Source: an uncultured Alphaproteobacteria bacterium
GTDB lineage: Bacteria; Pseudomonadota; Alphaproteobacteria; RF32; CAG-239
Assembly: GCA_944390895.1 (NCBI GenBank)
Contig: CALXRQ010000006.1
Coordinates: 1 to 63,189 of the forward strand
Direction: 5' to 3'
DNA: 63,189 bases
A program made the position numbers and the translations under genes. Positions 9,693 through 19,699 of the stretch are shown here, piece by piece. Every line of letters begins with the position of its first letter. Within the stretch, counting starts at the first letter, position 1. The notes under the pieces were generated by a model. It was not told the DNA's origin, made no database searches, and worked only from the letters and a program-made list of their open reading frames with translations.

Positions 9693-11216
9693 CTAAATAC
9701 GTTTCAAAGGCATTATTCTGCGATAAGATAATGCTTCGGCAATGTGCAGTTTAAGTATTTTTTGTACATTTTGCAAGTCCGCAATTGTTCTTGCTAACCG
9801 CAAAGTGCGGTGATAAGCCCGCGCAGAGAGGTGATTTTTCTCTGAAAAGGCGATTAAAAGCGCCTGAGCGTCGTTGTCCAGTTCGGCAATTTTTTCTAAA
9901 AGTTCGCCTTTGAGTTCGGAATTCGTTTTCAGCCGCGGCGCGCCGAAACGCTTAAAACGTTCGGCCTGGATTTCCCGGGCGCGGACGACGCGCTTCAATA
10001 TATCGGCCGAGCTTTCCCCCTGTCTGACATCCGCCAGATCCCAGGGACTGACCGCCGGCACCTCAATGTGGATATCTATTCTGTCCATCAGCGGACCGGA
10101 GATTTTGCTTTGGTATTCTTCGGCACAGTGCGGAGCGCGGGAGCATTCCAGCTCATGGTTGCCCAGGTGGCCGCAGCGGCAGGGATTCATGGCGGCGACC
10201 AGCTGAAATTTGGCGGGATAGACGGTATGGGCGTTGACGCGCGAAATGGTTACGCTGCCGTTTTCCAGAGGCTGGCGCAGAGCTTCCAGTGTCGGACGAC
10301 TGAATTCGGGCAGTTCGTCCAAAAACAGGACGCCGTTGTGCGCCAGAGATATTTCGCCGGGTCTGGCTTTGCGGCCGCCGCCGACCAAAGCCGGGGTGGA
10401 GGCCGAGTGATGCGGATCTCTGAACGGACGTTCAAAAGAAATTCTGCCGTCTTTAAGTTCGCCGGCGACAGAATGAATCATGCTGGTTTCAAGCGCTTCT
10501 TCCGCGGTCAGCGGCGGCAGAATGGTTATCAGGCGCTGTGCAAGCATTGATTTTCCGGAACCCGGAGGGCCTACCATCAGCAGGTTGTGGCTGCCGGCGG
10601 CGGCAATTTCCAGAGCGCGTTTGGCGCTTTCCTGGCCTTTGACGTCTTTCATGTCGAGCAGGGAAAGTTTTTTCGGCATAGTTTCGGCTGCCGGCGCCGG
10701 AATGACCTGCGTGCCTTTGAAATGGTTAATCAGCGATAAAAGGCTGTCGGCAGCAACAACGTCTTTCAATCCGGCCCAAACCGCTTCTCCGCCCTGAGCC
10801 GCCGGACAAATCAGCCCCATGTTGCGGGCATTGGCGCGGATGGCTACCGGCAAAACGCCGTTGACCGGAACGACGGCGCCGTCAAGGCCCAGTTCGCCCA
10901 GAACCATATAGCCGCTTAGCTCTTCTTGCGGTAGTATTCCCATGCCGACCAGCAGGCCGAGGGCAACCGGAAGGTCAAAGTGGGAACCTTCTTTAAGCAG
11001 ATCTGCCGGCGCAAGATTGACGGTGATGCGTTTGGCCGGGAGGCTCAGTCCCAGAGAGTTCAGCGCGGCGCGGACGCGTTCCCGGCTTTCGGCCACGGCC
11101 TTGTCGGGAAGCCCCACTATCGTAAAAGCAGGAAGACCTGAGGATATTTGCACCTGCAGGTCTACGTCTGAAATTTCCAATCCGTTGAAGGTTATGGTGT
11201 TTATTCTGGCGAGCAT
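9693..11216 (-). CDS. comM: YifB/ComM Mg-chelatase-like AAA+ ATPase
   Basis: IVGLPDKAVAESRERVR, NLAPADL, GPPGSGKS, PHHSAS, FLDELPEF, AAMNPCRCG. Confidence 0.93.
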   Translation of the reverse strand: MLARINTITFNGLEISDVDLQVQISSGLPAFTIVGLPDKAVAESRERVRAALNSLGLSLPAKRITVNLAPADLLKEGSHFDLPVALGLLVGMGILPQEELSGYMVLGELGLDGAVVPVNGVLPVAIRANARNMGLICPAAQGGEAVWAGLKDVVAADSLLSLINHFKGTQVIPAPAAETMPKKLSLLDMKDVKGQESAKRALEIAAAGSHNLLMVGPPGSGKSMLAQRLITILPPLTAEEALETSMIHSVAGELKDGRISFERPFRDPHHSASTPALVGGGRKARPGEISLAHNGVLFLDELPEFSRPTLEALRQPLENGSVTISRVNAHTVYPAKFQLVAAMNPCRCGHLGNHELECSRAPHCAEEYQSKISGPLMDRIDIHIEVPAVSPWDLADVRQGESSADILKRVVRAREIQAERFKRFGAPRLKTNSELKGELLEKIAELDNDAQALLIAFSEKNHLSARAYHRTLRLARTIADLQNVQKILKLHIAEALSYRRIMPLKRI

Positions 11217-11219
11217 CGG

Positions 11220-11573
11220 CTACCACCTCGGGGTGTCTTCCCCGCCGCGCCAGCGTCTGGTCGGATAGGTGTCTGTTTTCAAAAAATCGTAGTTGGCGGT
11301 TTTGTAGGGAATGTCGGTTATTCTGACATATCCTTTGGATTCAAAAACCTTGGCGCAGGCCTCGGCCGAAACGTCTTCGGTTCTTTTGCAGGTGGCGATA
11401 ACCCGGCTGGTGAGGTTTTGCAGGACAATGGCGTTTTGGTCATTGCCGTAAACCGTGCGCTGCGGGCGCAGCGGTACGGGAAAGTCTTCTTTGCGGAGCG
11501 TGTCGCAGGCGCAAAGCGAGAACAGCAGCAGAAAGGATAATATCAGCTTGTTTTTGTTCATTTTTTCAGCCAT
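11220..11573 (-). CDS. Small hypothetical lipoprotein
   Basis: Basic N-terminus, hydrophobic stretch and LCAC lipobox; first gene of the minus-strand run ending at hemW. Confidence 0.65.
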   Translation of the reverse strand: MAEKMNKNKLILSFLLLFSLCACDTLRKEDFPVPLRPQRTVYGNDQNAIVLQNLTSRVIATCKRTEDVSAEACAKVFESKGYVRITDIPYKTANYDFLKTDTYPTRRWRGGEDTPRW

Positions 11574-11694
11574 CGTGGTTGTAACTTACGGTCAAGCTTA
11601 TCCTAAAAAGATTAAAATTATATAAAGAATCGACGTCAAACCGCGTCAAAACCTAAAAAATACTTGCAAAAATAAAGTTTTGGTATATAGTGGC

Positions 11695-11780
11695 GACCGT
11701 CCCTTGCTTCCGGCAGAGACCGGAGGCTATACATTAACCGGCCCGCAGGCGGGCCATTTGTTGAGAATCCATAAGGAGAT
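11695..11780 (+). promoter_or_regulatory. Putative S6:S18 ribosomal-protein leader of rpsF
   Basis: CCCTTGC motif followed by the hairpins GCTTCCGG-cagaga-CCGGAGGC and GGCCCGC-ag-GCGGGCC, downstream of a TTGCAA-17-TATAGT promoter and upstream of the rpsF RBS. Confidence 0.5.
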
Positions 11781-11787
11781 TTATATA

Positions 11788-12126
11788 ATGTCATTTTACG
11801 AGAGCGTGCTGATTGCACGTCAGGACCTCGGTCAGTCTCAGGTAAACAATATTGTTTCCGATTTGACCAACGTCATCGCCAACAACGGCGGCGAAGTTGT
11901 CAGAGCTGACAACTGGGGTTTGAAAAACCTTGCTTACCGTGTTAAGAAAAACCGCAAAGGCTACTATGTCGTTTTGAATATTTCCGCACCGGCTGCCGCT
12001 GTTGCCGAATATGAAAGACAAATGAGATTTAACGAAGACATCATTCGTTACATGACCATCAAAGTTGACGAATTGAGCAAAGAACCTGCCGGTTCTTCCA
12101 GCAATTCCGAAGCCGTTGAAGAATAG
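11788..12126 (+). CDS. rpsF: 30S ribosomal protein S6
   Basis: [14 protein letters not shown]...[18 protein letters not shown]; AAGGAG RBS before ATG 11788. Confidence 0.97.
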   Translation: MSFYESVLIARQDLGQSQVNNIVSDLTNVIANNGGEVVRADNWGLKNLAYRVKKNRKGYYVVLNISAPAAAVAEYERQMRFNEDIIRYMTIKVDELSKEPAGSSSNSEAVEE

Positions 12127-12137
12127 GAGCAGAAAAC

Positions 12138-12365
12138 ATGGCTAAACAAGTATTCTTTAGAAGAAAAAAAGCGTGCCCGTTTTCAGGCGAAGACGGTCTG
12201 ACCATCGATTATAAGGATGTTAAGCTTCTTTCCCGTTATATTTCCGAGAAAGGTAAAATCATCCCCAGCCGCATTACAGCTGTTTCTGCAAAAAAACAAA
12301 GAGAATTGGCAAAAGCGATCAAACGTGCCCGCTACATTGCTCTTCTTCCTTTTGTTGCTGATTAA
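12138..12365 (+). CDS. rpsR: 30S ribosomal protein S18
   Basis: [25 protein letters not shown]...IKRAR. Confidence 0.98.
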   Translation: MAKQVFFRRKKACPFSGEDGLTIDYKDVKLLSRYISEKGKIIPSRITAVSAKKQRELAKAIKRARYIALLPFVAD

Positions 12366-12379
12366 TAGGGAGTGGAAAA

Positions 12380-12871
12380 ATGGAAGTAATTCTTTTAGAA
12401 CATGTAGAAAAACTCGGTAAAATGGGCGACAAAGTAACCGTAAAGAACGGTTATGCCCGCAACTACCTGCTGCCAACCCGCAAAGCTCTGCGCGCAACCG
12501 AAGCCAATGTTGCTTATTATGAGAAACAGAAGGCTGAACTGGAAGCCCACAACAAGGCTCTGCTGGACGAAGCGACAAAGATTGCCGAATCCCTGAAAGG
12601 CTACAGCGCGGTTCTGATCCGTCAGGCTGCCGAAACCGGCCAGTTGTACGGTTCCGTAACCATCCGTGATATTGCCGCCGCGGTTAAAGCCAGCGGTTTT
12701 GCCGTTGAACGCAAACAGGTATATCTGGAAAACGCTATTAAAGATCTGGGTGTTTATGAAGTTAAACTCAATCTGCATCCGGAGGTCAGCCAGACCATTC
12801 TGGTTAACGTAGCGCGTACCGAAGACGATGCGGCCAAACAGGCAAAATTATATCATTCTGCGGAAAACTAA
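12380..12871 (+). CDS. rplI: 50S ribosomal protein L9
   Basis: MEVILLE..V..LGKMG..VKNGYARNYLLP; LYGSVT. Confidence 0.98.
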   Translation: MEVILLEHVEKLGKMGDKVTVKNGYARNYLLPTRKALRATEANVAYYEKQKAELEAHNKALLDEATKIAESLKGYSAVLIRQAAETGQLYGSVTIRDIAAAVKASGFAVERKQVYLENAIKDLGVYEVKLNLHPEVSQTILVNVARTEDDAAKQAKLYHSAEN

Positions 12872-12971
12872 TACAGAAATTGCGGATAACCGGCTCGGTC
12901 ATGTCCTTTTATGTACATTCCGCTCGCCGGTTTTCTTATTTCTTATTATTTTTCTCACGATTGATATGATT
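12846..12971. repeat. About 126-bp imperfect palindrome overlapping the rplI 3' end (RPE-like family member)
   Basis: The left arm AATTATATCATTCTGCGGAAAACTAATACAGAAAT..AACCGGC pairs with GCCGGTT..ATTTCTTATTATTTTTCTCACGATTGATATGATT; apex TCATGTCC-ttttat-GTACAT. Confidence 0.7.
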
Positions 12972-12987
12972 ATGCATTTCAAATGAT

Positions 12988-13025
12988 AAAAAAACACTCC
13001 CGATGATTTTCGGGAGTGTTTTTTT
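12988..13025. terminator. Bidirectional terminator between rplI and nrdB
   Basis: A7-CACTCCCGA-tgattt-TCGGGAGTG-T7. Confidence 0.85.
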
Positions 13026-13040
13026 ATCTGCTTGCAGTCT

Positions 13041-14075
13041 TTAAATTTCGTCCCAGCCTTCGACGGCGGTTGACTGGTTGTATGAGGAAACATTGGCTTC
13101 GAAGAAGTTTCCTTTTACATTGCCTTCACCGTTGGTGTCAGAAATTTTTTCCAGGTTTTTATACGGGGTTTCGTCAAAGCCTTCGTAAATCGGTTCCAGT
13201 CCGATTTCCTTCAGGCGTTTGTTGGCCATAAACTTGGTATATTGTTCAATGGTTTGCGGGGTAATGCCCAGAACCTGATCGCCGATAATATGATTGCTCC
13301 AGGCGATTTCCTGTTCGGTTGCCTTGCGGAACATTTCGCAGATTTCGTCGTCATTGAAGAACTGCGGCCGTTCTTTGCGGATTTCTTTGATGATGTTGGC
13401 GAAAATCACGCAGTGCGTCAATTCATCGCGGTTGATGTATTTTATCTCGTCGGCGGTGCCGATCATTAACGATCTTGCGGCCAGATTGTAGAAGAAGTTG
13501 AAACCGTTATAAAAATATAAACCTTCCAACAGGAAATTGGCCACCAAAACACGGGCAAAATTAACGTCATTGCGGTCATCGACAAATTTTTGATAAATGT
13601 CGGCAATATATTTGTTGCGTTCAAGCAGAACTTTGTCATCACGCCAGCGGTCATAGATTGTTTCGCGCTTTTCGGCCGGAATAATGCTTTCGATGATATA
13701 GGCATAGCTTTGGGAATGCACGGCTTCCTGATAAGTTTGGATAGCCAGAATAAGATTGACTTCCGGCGCGGTAATATAGTCGGAAATGTTGGGCAGGTTG
13801 TTGGTCTGGATGCTGTCCAGAAAAACCAGAAAAGACAGAATGCCGTCATAGGCGTTTTGTTCGGCAGGGGTCAATTCATCGTAAGCGCGTTTGTCGTCAA
13901 ACAGAGAAACTTTTTCGGGAATCCAGAAGTTTTCCATCATCAGCCGGTAAAGCTTGTTGGCCCACTGATATTTGACGTTGTTGAGGTTGAATAAGTTGGT
14001 GACGTTGCCGGCAATCATTTTTCTTTGCAGAACGTCATCGTTTCCTTCAATATTAAACAGTTTTTTGCGGTTCAT
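13041..14075 (-). CDS. nrdB: Class I ribonucleotide reductase beta subunit
   Basis: FWIPE, LDSIQ, EAVHSQSY, EGLYFYNGF, DELTH, NFFE; ATG 14075. Confidence 0.95.
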   Translation of the reverse strand: MNRKKLFNIEGNDDVLQRKMIAGNVTNLFNLNNVKYQWANKLYRLMMENFWIPEKVSLFDDKRAYDELTPAEQNAYDGILSFLVFLDSIQTNNLPNISDYITAPEVNLILAIQTYQEAVHSQSYAYIIESIIPAEKRETIYDRWRDDKVLLERNKYIADIYQKFVDDRNDVNFARVLVANFLLEGLYFYNGFNFFYNLAARSLMIGTADEIKYINRDELTHCVIFANIIKEIRKERPQFFNDDEICEMFRKATEQEIAWSNHIIGDQVLGITPQTIEQYTKFMANKRLKEIGLEPIYEGFDETPYKNLEKISDTNGEGNVKGNFFEANVSSYNQSTAVEGWDEI

Positions 14076-14098
14076 TGATTTTCCTTTGCTGTTGATTT

Positions 14099-16378
14099 TT
14101 AACCGGCGCAGCTGACACATTCTTCCTTGGCGGCGGAAGAGCCGTCTTTTTGAATGGTGCGGGTATAATAAAGGGTTTTGATGTCTTTTTTCCAGGCGTC
14201 CATTATGGTGTCATAGATGTCTTTGGCACGGATGTCGCGGTTGAGATTATACATCAGTTCGACGGAAATGCCGGTGTCTATCCATTTGTTAATACGGGAC
14301 ATCACTTCAATAATCTTGCGTTGGTCGATATTGCGGTTTTCCTGATAAAACCAAAACTTGTCACGGATATAAGGCGGGCAGTTCGGAATGCTGCCTTTGC
14401 CGTGGGTCTCGACGAAGAACTTGCTGTAAATCGGCAGAACCGAAGCGGTGCAGCCCTGAATGAGAGAGGAACTGGTATTCGGCGCAATAGCGGATATCTG
14501 CGAGTTGCGGATGCCGTATTTGGCAAGGTCGGCAAAAATTTTGTTCCAGCGGTCTTTATATTTGGAATTGGCGTTGAACCATATCTGGCGTTTGCCGAAA
14601 ATCAGGCCTTTGCTCCAATCCGAACCTTCATAGGCGCCGAAAGTTCCTTTTTTTTGCGCGGCGTCAATGCTGGCCTGAATATTGTAAATAGCCATTTTTT
14701 CAAACAAATCGTCTACGAAGTCGGCAGAGTTGATATAGGGAACGTTGTTTTTGGCAAGCATGTCGGCCAGTCCCATAGCGCCAATGCCGATGGTGCGGTA
14801 ACGTTGATTATGCAGGCTGCCTTCGGGAACCGGCACGGTGGTGAAGTCAATGGCGTTGTCCAGAATGCGAACCGAGGTGCGGCAAACGCTTTCCAGTTCC
14901 CGGTCATCGTCAATGTTGGCAAGATTGACGGAAACCAGATTGCAGACGTGTACAAGTCCGTCATAGGCTTCAGAAATTATTTTACCGTCTTCAATGCGTT
15001 TGGGGCTGAATTTGGTCGGGCGGACATTGCTGTGAGATTCGGTGCAGAGGTTGGTGCCGACAATAACGCCATCATGCTTGTTGGGATTATAGCGGTTCAG
15101 GGTGTCTTTGAAGGCAATGTAAGGCATTCCGGTTTCAACCTGAGATTTCATCAGCCGTTTTAACAGCTCTTTGGCATCAACAAACTTAAACATTTCAAGT
15201 TTGCCGAAACCCGCGTCAAAATAAAGCTGATTATAAAGGTTTTCAAACTCTTCTCCCCAAAGGTCGGCAATTTCTCGGCCGTATTTTTCCCGGACTTCGT
15301 GCGGGTCAACCAACAGCCATTTTTCGTTGTTTTCGACTTTTTTCATAAACAAATCGGGGATGACGACCTGAGGGAAAATGTCATAAGCTTTCATGCGCTG
15401 GTCGCCGTTTTCGGTACGGAGTTCAAGAAAGTTTTCAATGTCCAGATGCCACATATCCAGAGATACGGTAACGGCGCCTTTGCGTTTGCCCTGCTGGTTG
15501 ACGGCCACGGCGGTGTCGTTGATAATGCGAATCCAGGGAATGACGCCGCCGGAAGAATTTTTGATGCCTTTGATACGGGCGCCTTTGCAGCGAACGCGCG
15601 AGATGTTGACGCCAACCCCGCCGCCGAATTTGGATATGGCGGAAATCTGGTCGATAACGTAAAAAATCGAATCGCGGTTGTCGTCCATAACAGTAATGAA
15701 ACAGGAACTCAGGTTGCCGTTGGGTCGGCGCAGGTTCATCAGCAGCGGTGTGCCGAGCGAGATTTTGCGGTCGGCAAGTTTTTCATAAGTGTCTTTGACC
15801 TGACTCATGCGAATGCTGCGATCTTCGTTTTGCTCAATCAGCAGAGCAATAGTCAGGAACATTTCCTGCGGCAGCTCGACAATGCGGTCGCCGAATTCGC
15901 AAAGGTAGCGTTTAATGAGCAGATTGATGCCGGCATAATCATAGACCAAATCAAAAGCCGGGTTGATGAATGATGCGGCCTGTTTTATTTCTTCGGGATT
16001 GTATTTTTCGGTGATGACGGGGTCATATACGCCGTTGGCGACGGCAAAATCCAAGAACTTTTCATAGTCGTAGGGAACGGCCTGATTGGTGCGGCGGTCG
16101 TTTTTAACATCTTTATACAAGTCGAAAAGGCGCAGGCGGCCGGCGGCGTTCTTCCAGTCGGGTTCCAGAACCGAGGTCAGATTCAACGCGTTTAGGATAA
16201 GAGCCTTGTTGATTTCGGAAGCCGGCATACCGTTTTTAAAAAAGTTCGGAATCGTTTCCAAAAGTTTGTTTTTATCAAGTTCGAATCCGGCGAGAGCGCG
16301 CTCGACGGTAGCCGTGATTTTAGCCTGGTCAAAGGCCGCTTCAGCACCGTTTCTCTTGGTGATTTTTTGATTTTCCAT
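14099..16378 (-). CDS. nrdA: Class I ribonucleotide reductase alpha subunit with N-terminal ATP cone
   Basis: ITKRNG ATP-cone start, SSCF, NLCTE, VCNL, APNTSSS, TLYY, C-terminal CVSC. Confidence 0.96.
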   Translation of the reverse strand: MENQKITKRNGAEAAFDQAKITATVERALAGFELDKNKLLETIPNFFKNGMPASEINKALILNALNLTSVLEPDWKNAAGRLRLFDLYKDVKNDRRTNQAVPYDYEKFLDFAVANGVYDPVITEKYNPEEIKQAASFINPAFDLVYDYAGINLLIKRYLCEFGDRIVELPQEMFLTIALLIEQNEDRSIRMSQVKDTYEKLADRKISLGTPLLMNLRRPNGNLSSCFITVMDDNRDSIFYVIDQISAISKFGGGVGVNISRVRCKGARIKGIKNSSGGVIPWIRIINDTAVAVNQQGKRKGAVTVSLDMWHLDIENFLELRTENGDQRMKAYDIFPQVVIPDLFMKKVENNEKWLLVDPHEVREKYGREIADLWGEEFENLYNQLYFDAGFGKLEMFKFVDAKELLKRLMKSQVETGMPYIAFKDTLNRYNPNKHDGVIVGTNLCTESHSNVRPTKFSPKRIEDGKIISEAYDGLVHVCNLVSVNLANIDDDRELESVCRTSVRILDNAIDFTTVPVPEGSLHNQRYRTIGIGAMGLADMLAKNNVPYINSADFVDDLFEKMAIYNIQASIDAAQKKGTFGAYEGSDWSKGLIFGKRQIWFNANSKYKDRWNKIFADLAKYGIRNSQISAIAPNTSSSLIQGCTASVLPIYSKFFVETHGKGSIPNCPPYIRDKFWFYQENRNIDQRKIIEVMSRINKWIDTGISVELMYNLNRDIRAKDIYDTIMDAWKKDIKTLYYTRTIQKDGSSAAKEECVSCAG

Positions 16379-16390
16379 TATAAACTATTC

Positions 16391-16437
16391 CTACAATATG
16401 GTGTGTTTATACTGTTGCTATTTACTATATGTTGTGG
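16391..16437. promoter_or_regulatory. Tandem NrdR boxes upstream of nrdA
   Basis: CTACAATATGGTGTGT (16391-16406) and TTACTATATGTTGTGG (16422-16437) match acaCwAtATaTwGtgt, 31 bp apart. Confidence 0.85.
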
Positions 16438-16543
16438 TTTTGTGTGGTAAAACCGCTTCGCCATACAGAATGCAAAAATTATCGTTTATTTAATACATTT
16501 TATTTAGAATTAATCACAAGATTTTTAGAAACAGGAAATTGGC

Positions 16544-17827
16544 ATGTTAAAAAATTGGCTGCAAGCGGCACGGGTATATTACGACCGGCGGATGCTGACA
16601 ATGACCGGGCTGGGTTTTGCCAGCGGTTTTCCCTTTTTGCTGGTCAGCGGAACACTGGCGCTGTGGCTGACGGACAGCGGTATCAGTCTGGAGATGATCG
16701 CGTTGTTTTCGCTGGTGAAAACGCCGTACAGCTTCAAATGGCTGTGGTCGCCGGTGGTTGACCGCATTCGTCTGCCGTTTTTTGAGCGTTTGGGCCGCCG
16801 CCGCGGCTGGGCGGTTTTTTCGCAGCTTTTGCTGCTGGCCGCCATTTTGGGGATGTCGCTGGTTGATCCGTCGCAGGCAGTTTATCTGCTGATGTTTCTG
16901 GCTTTTCTGACTTTAATCGCTTCGGCAACACAGGATATTGTTTTGGATGCCTACCGCGTGGAGAGTTTTGATACGGAAGAGCAGGCTGCCGGAACCGCCA
17001 TATTTATTCTGGGTTATCGTCTGGGATCAATTTTTTCCGGCGCCGTGGCACTGCTGCTGGCGACGGTTTTGAGCTGGCATGAGGTTTATGCGGTTATGGC
17101 GCTGGGCGCAGTGGTCGGCATGGTGACGGTTTTGTGTTCGAGGGAGCCGAAGAACTGCAAAAAATGCGGTGCTCCGTTTAAGGGATCATGGCCGTCGCGG
17201 CTGAAGAACTTCTGGCAGACGGCGGTCAAGAGTCCGGTGGCCGATTTCGTCAAGCGCAGCGGCTGGATTTGGATTTTGCTGTTTATAATGGTTTACAAAC
17301 TGTGCGATGCCTATATGGTGCCGATGACGATGCCGTTTTATGATGCTATGGGGTTTACCAAAGCCGAAATTGCTTTTGTTACCAAGTTTTACGGAATGGG
17401 TGCGACTATTTTGGGCGGTATTGCCGGCGGGGTGATGGTCAACCGGCTGGGATTGCTGAAAGGCCTTTATATCGGCAGTATTTTGCAGGGACTGACGACG
17501 CTGATGTACGTGGTTCAGGCTCATGCCGGCAATGATCTGTATATGTTGATGGTGACGGTTTCGCTGGATAATCTGGCCGGCGGCATGAGCACCACGGCCT
17601 TTGTGGCCTATATTTCCTCGCTGTGCAACGTGGCTTATACCGCAACCCAGTATGCGCTGCTGTCTTCGTTTATGTCGCTGGCGCGCGATTTGCTGGCTTC
17701 GACTTCCGGCGTGTTGGTGAAGTTTGTCGGCTGGAGCAGTTTTTTTGTGATTACGACGCTGATGGCGGTGCCCGGACTGTTGCTGCTGGTCTATTTGCAG
17801 CGGAAATATAAAAACGTGCAGAACTGA
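16544..17827 (+). CDS. ampG: AmpG muropeptide MFS permease
   Basis: LGFASGFP, PYSFKWLWSPVVD, GRRRGW, SATQDIVLDAYR, TATQYALLSS. Confidence 0.93.
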   Translation: MLKNWLQAARVYYDRRMLTMTGLGFASGFPFLLVSGTLALWLTDSGISLEMIALFSLVKTPYSFKWLWSPVVDRIRLPFFERLGRRRGWAVFSQLLLLAAILGMSLVDPSQAVYLLMFLAFLTLIASATQDIVLDAYRVESFDTEEQAAGTAIFILGYRLGSIFSGAVALLLATVLSWHEVYAVMALGAVVGMVTVLCSREPKNCKKCGAPFKGSWPSRLKNFWQTAVKSPVADFVKRSGWIWILLFIMVYKLCDAYMVPMTMPFYDAMGFTKAEIAFVTKFYGMGATILGGIAGGVMVNRLGLLKGLYIGSILQGLTTLMYVVQAHAGNDLYMLMVTVSLDNLAGGMSTTAFVAYISSLCNVAYTATQYALLSSFMSLARDLLASTSGVLVKFVGWSSFFVITTLMAVPGLLLLVYLQRKYKNVQN

Positions 17828-17867
17828 GCGTAGGTTCCGCCCTGAATTGCGAAGAGGTGAAAAGATT

Positions 17868-18689
17868 ATGAAAAAACTTTGCGTCGTTTTGTTGGTTTTG
17901 TTTCTGGCGTCTTGCGGCAAAGACGGTCAACCGCGGGAAGTTTGGATTGAAAATGCGCAGAAAGAAACAATTTATTTGCAGATTGAAGGTAATGAAAATG
18001 CCGACAATAAAAAACTGGCTGTTATTCAGCACGGTCTGGCCTCTAATATGGAGCATCCCGCCGTGCAGACGGTGAAAAAGGCTTTTCGGGATAAGGGTTA
18101 TACGGTTATAACCTTTGACAGCAGATATTCTCTGGGCAAAAGCGACGGCGATGTAATCAATGTCAGGTTATCGGCTTTTGAAGACGATTTGAAAACGGTT
18201 ATCGGCTGGGCCCAAAATCAAAGCTTTTACAGTGAGCCGTTTGCTTTGGCCGGCCATTCTCTGGGCGGGGCTTCCGTGTTGCAATATGCCGCCGAAAATC
18301 CTTCCGCGGTTGATTATGCAGTTCCGGTAACGCCGGTCGTCAGCGGAAAAAGATGGGAAGAGAGCTGCATGGCCAATATGCCTGATTTTTGCAGAAACTG
18401 GAAAAGAAACGGGCATTATGATTACCGGGCGGCCGTCATTCCTTATGAAGTGGTCGAACAGGCCAAGAATTATGATTCTTTGCGGCTGGCAAAGGATATC
18501 AGGGCAAAAGTCCTGCTGGTTACGGCGGAAGACGACAACGTTATTGAGCCTAAAGATGTGAAGGAGCTTTATGATGCGCTTCAAACGAAAAAGTCTCTGG
18601 GCGTAATCTCTGACGGGGGACATAATTTTACGACCGAACAAAGCCGTCGGCAGTTGTATGATTTGGTAACGGATTTTTTATCTAAATGA
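17868..18689 (+). CDS. Alpha/beta-hydrolase lipoprotein
   Basis: LASC lipobox, HG oxyanion motif, GHSLGG nucleophile elbow, EDD and GGH triad positions. Confidence 0.85.
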   Translation: MKKLCVVLLVLFLASCGKDGQPREVWIENAQKETIYLQIEGNENADNKKLAVIQHGLASNMEHPAVQTVKKAFRDKGYTVITFDSRYSLGKSDGDVINVRLSAFEDDLKTVIGWAQNQSFYSEPFALAGHSLGGASVLQYAAENPSAVDYAVPVTPVVSGKRWEESCMANMPDFCRNWKRNGHYDYRAAVIPYEVVEQAKNYDSLRLAKDIRAKVLLVTAEDDNVIEPKDVKELYDALQTKKSLGVISDGGHNFTTEQSRRQLYDLVTDFLSK

Positions 18690-18720
18690 AAAAAAGCGGC
18701 GTTTAAAAACGCCGCTTTTT
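18689..18720. terminator. Bidirectional terminator
   Basis: AAAAAAAGCGGCGTTT-aa-AAACGCCGCTTTTT between convergent genes. Confidence 0.85.
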
Positions 18721-18723
18721 AAT

Positions 18724-19614
18724 TCAGGCCTTGTTCGGAAGTTTGGAATATATCCAGTCGCTCAGGCAATTGGGCAATACGGACACCAGCCAGACTGCGA
18801 GGCGAAGCTGCCAGGGGAAAGCAATAATGCCTTTATTTTCGGCGATGCCCCGGGCAATGATGGCAGCGGCCTGTTCCGCCTCCATGAAAAACGGCATCGG
18901 ACAGGTGTTTTGGTCGGTAATGCGCGAACGGACAAAGCCAGGGCAGATGACGCTGACTTTGATGCCGTTTTTCTTCAGTCTGGGACGCAGGGCTTCTCCC
19001 CAGGCTTTGACGCAGGCTTTGCTGGCGCTGTAGGCCGGGCAGGTCGGCAGGCCGTGATAGCCGGCCATGGAACTGACAATGGCAATGCTGCGGTTGTCTT
19101 CGTGAAAGAATTCGACGCCGGATCTGCCAAAGCGGATGCGGTCCCAAAACGGAACGTAAAAAGCTTTTTTCTGCTTTTTCTTTTGAGAAATAAACTTGTC
19201 CAGCGAGCTCATGCCGTCGTTTTGAGCGCTGATGCGATTTTGATAGATGTCGATTGTCGGCAGGACAGTGTTTAAAACGCCGTTGACGTTGGTGGCAAAG
19301 GTCCGGTAAACCGAATCGGTGTCTTCGTTAACGGTGCCGATGCCGGCGTTGGCAATGACCAAATTAAGTTTGGCGGTTTTGTCGCATTCGCGAATCCAGT
19401 CTTCCGCGGTCCGGCGATCGGTAACGTCTATAATGCGGGGAAAAACCACCGTGCCTAATTTTTCGCATTTGGCGGCAACGATTTTAAGACGGTCTTCGTT
19501 GCGTCCGCAGATGAACAGGTTTTTTGCGACGGTGCCGGCGTAGTGCAGCGCCAGAGCCTCGCCAATGCCGGAGGTTGCGCCGGTAATCAGAATGTTTTGG
19601 TTGCGTTGGGCCAT
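18724..19614 (-). CDS. Short-chain dehydrogenase/reductase
   Basis: ITGATSGIG, NAG, SS, YSASK and PGFV motifs; ATG 19614 follows an AAGGAAAG RBS. Confidence 0.9.
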   Translation of the reverse strand: MAQRNQNILITGATSGIGEALALHYAGTVAKNLFICGRNEDRLKIVAAKCEKLGTVVFPRIIDVTDRRTAEDWIRECDKTAKLNLVIANAGIGTVNEDTDSVYRTFATNVNGVLNTVLPTIDIYQNRISAQNDGMSSLDKFISQKKKQKKAFYVPFWDRIRFGRSGVEFFHEDNRSIAIVSSMAGYHGLPTCPAYSASKACVKAWGEALRPRLKKNGIKVSVICPGFVRSRITDQNTCPMPFFMEAEQAAAIIARGIAENKGIIAFPWQLRLAVWLVSVLPNCLSDWIYSKLPNKA

Positions 19615-19699
19615 TATTCTTTCCTTGAAGTAAAAACTTTTTAACGATTGCCGCTTATAATAGCGAAAAATGCTAAAAAAAAGTTTAAGGAGAGTTATT

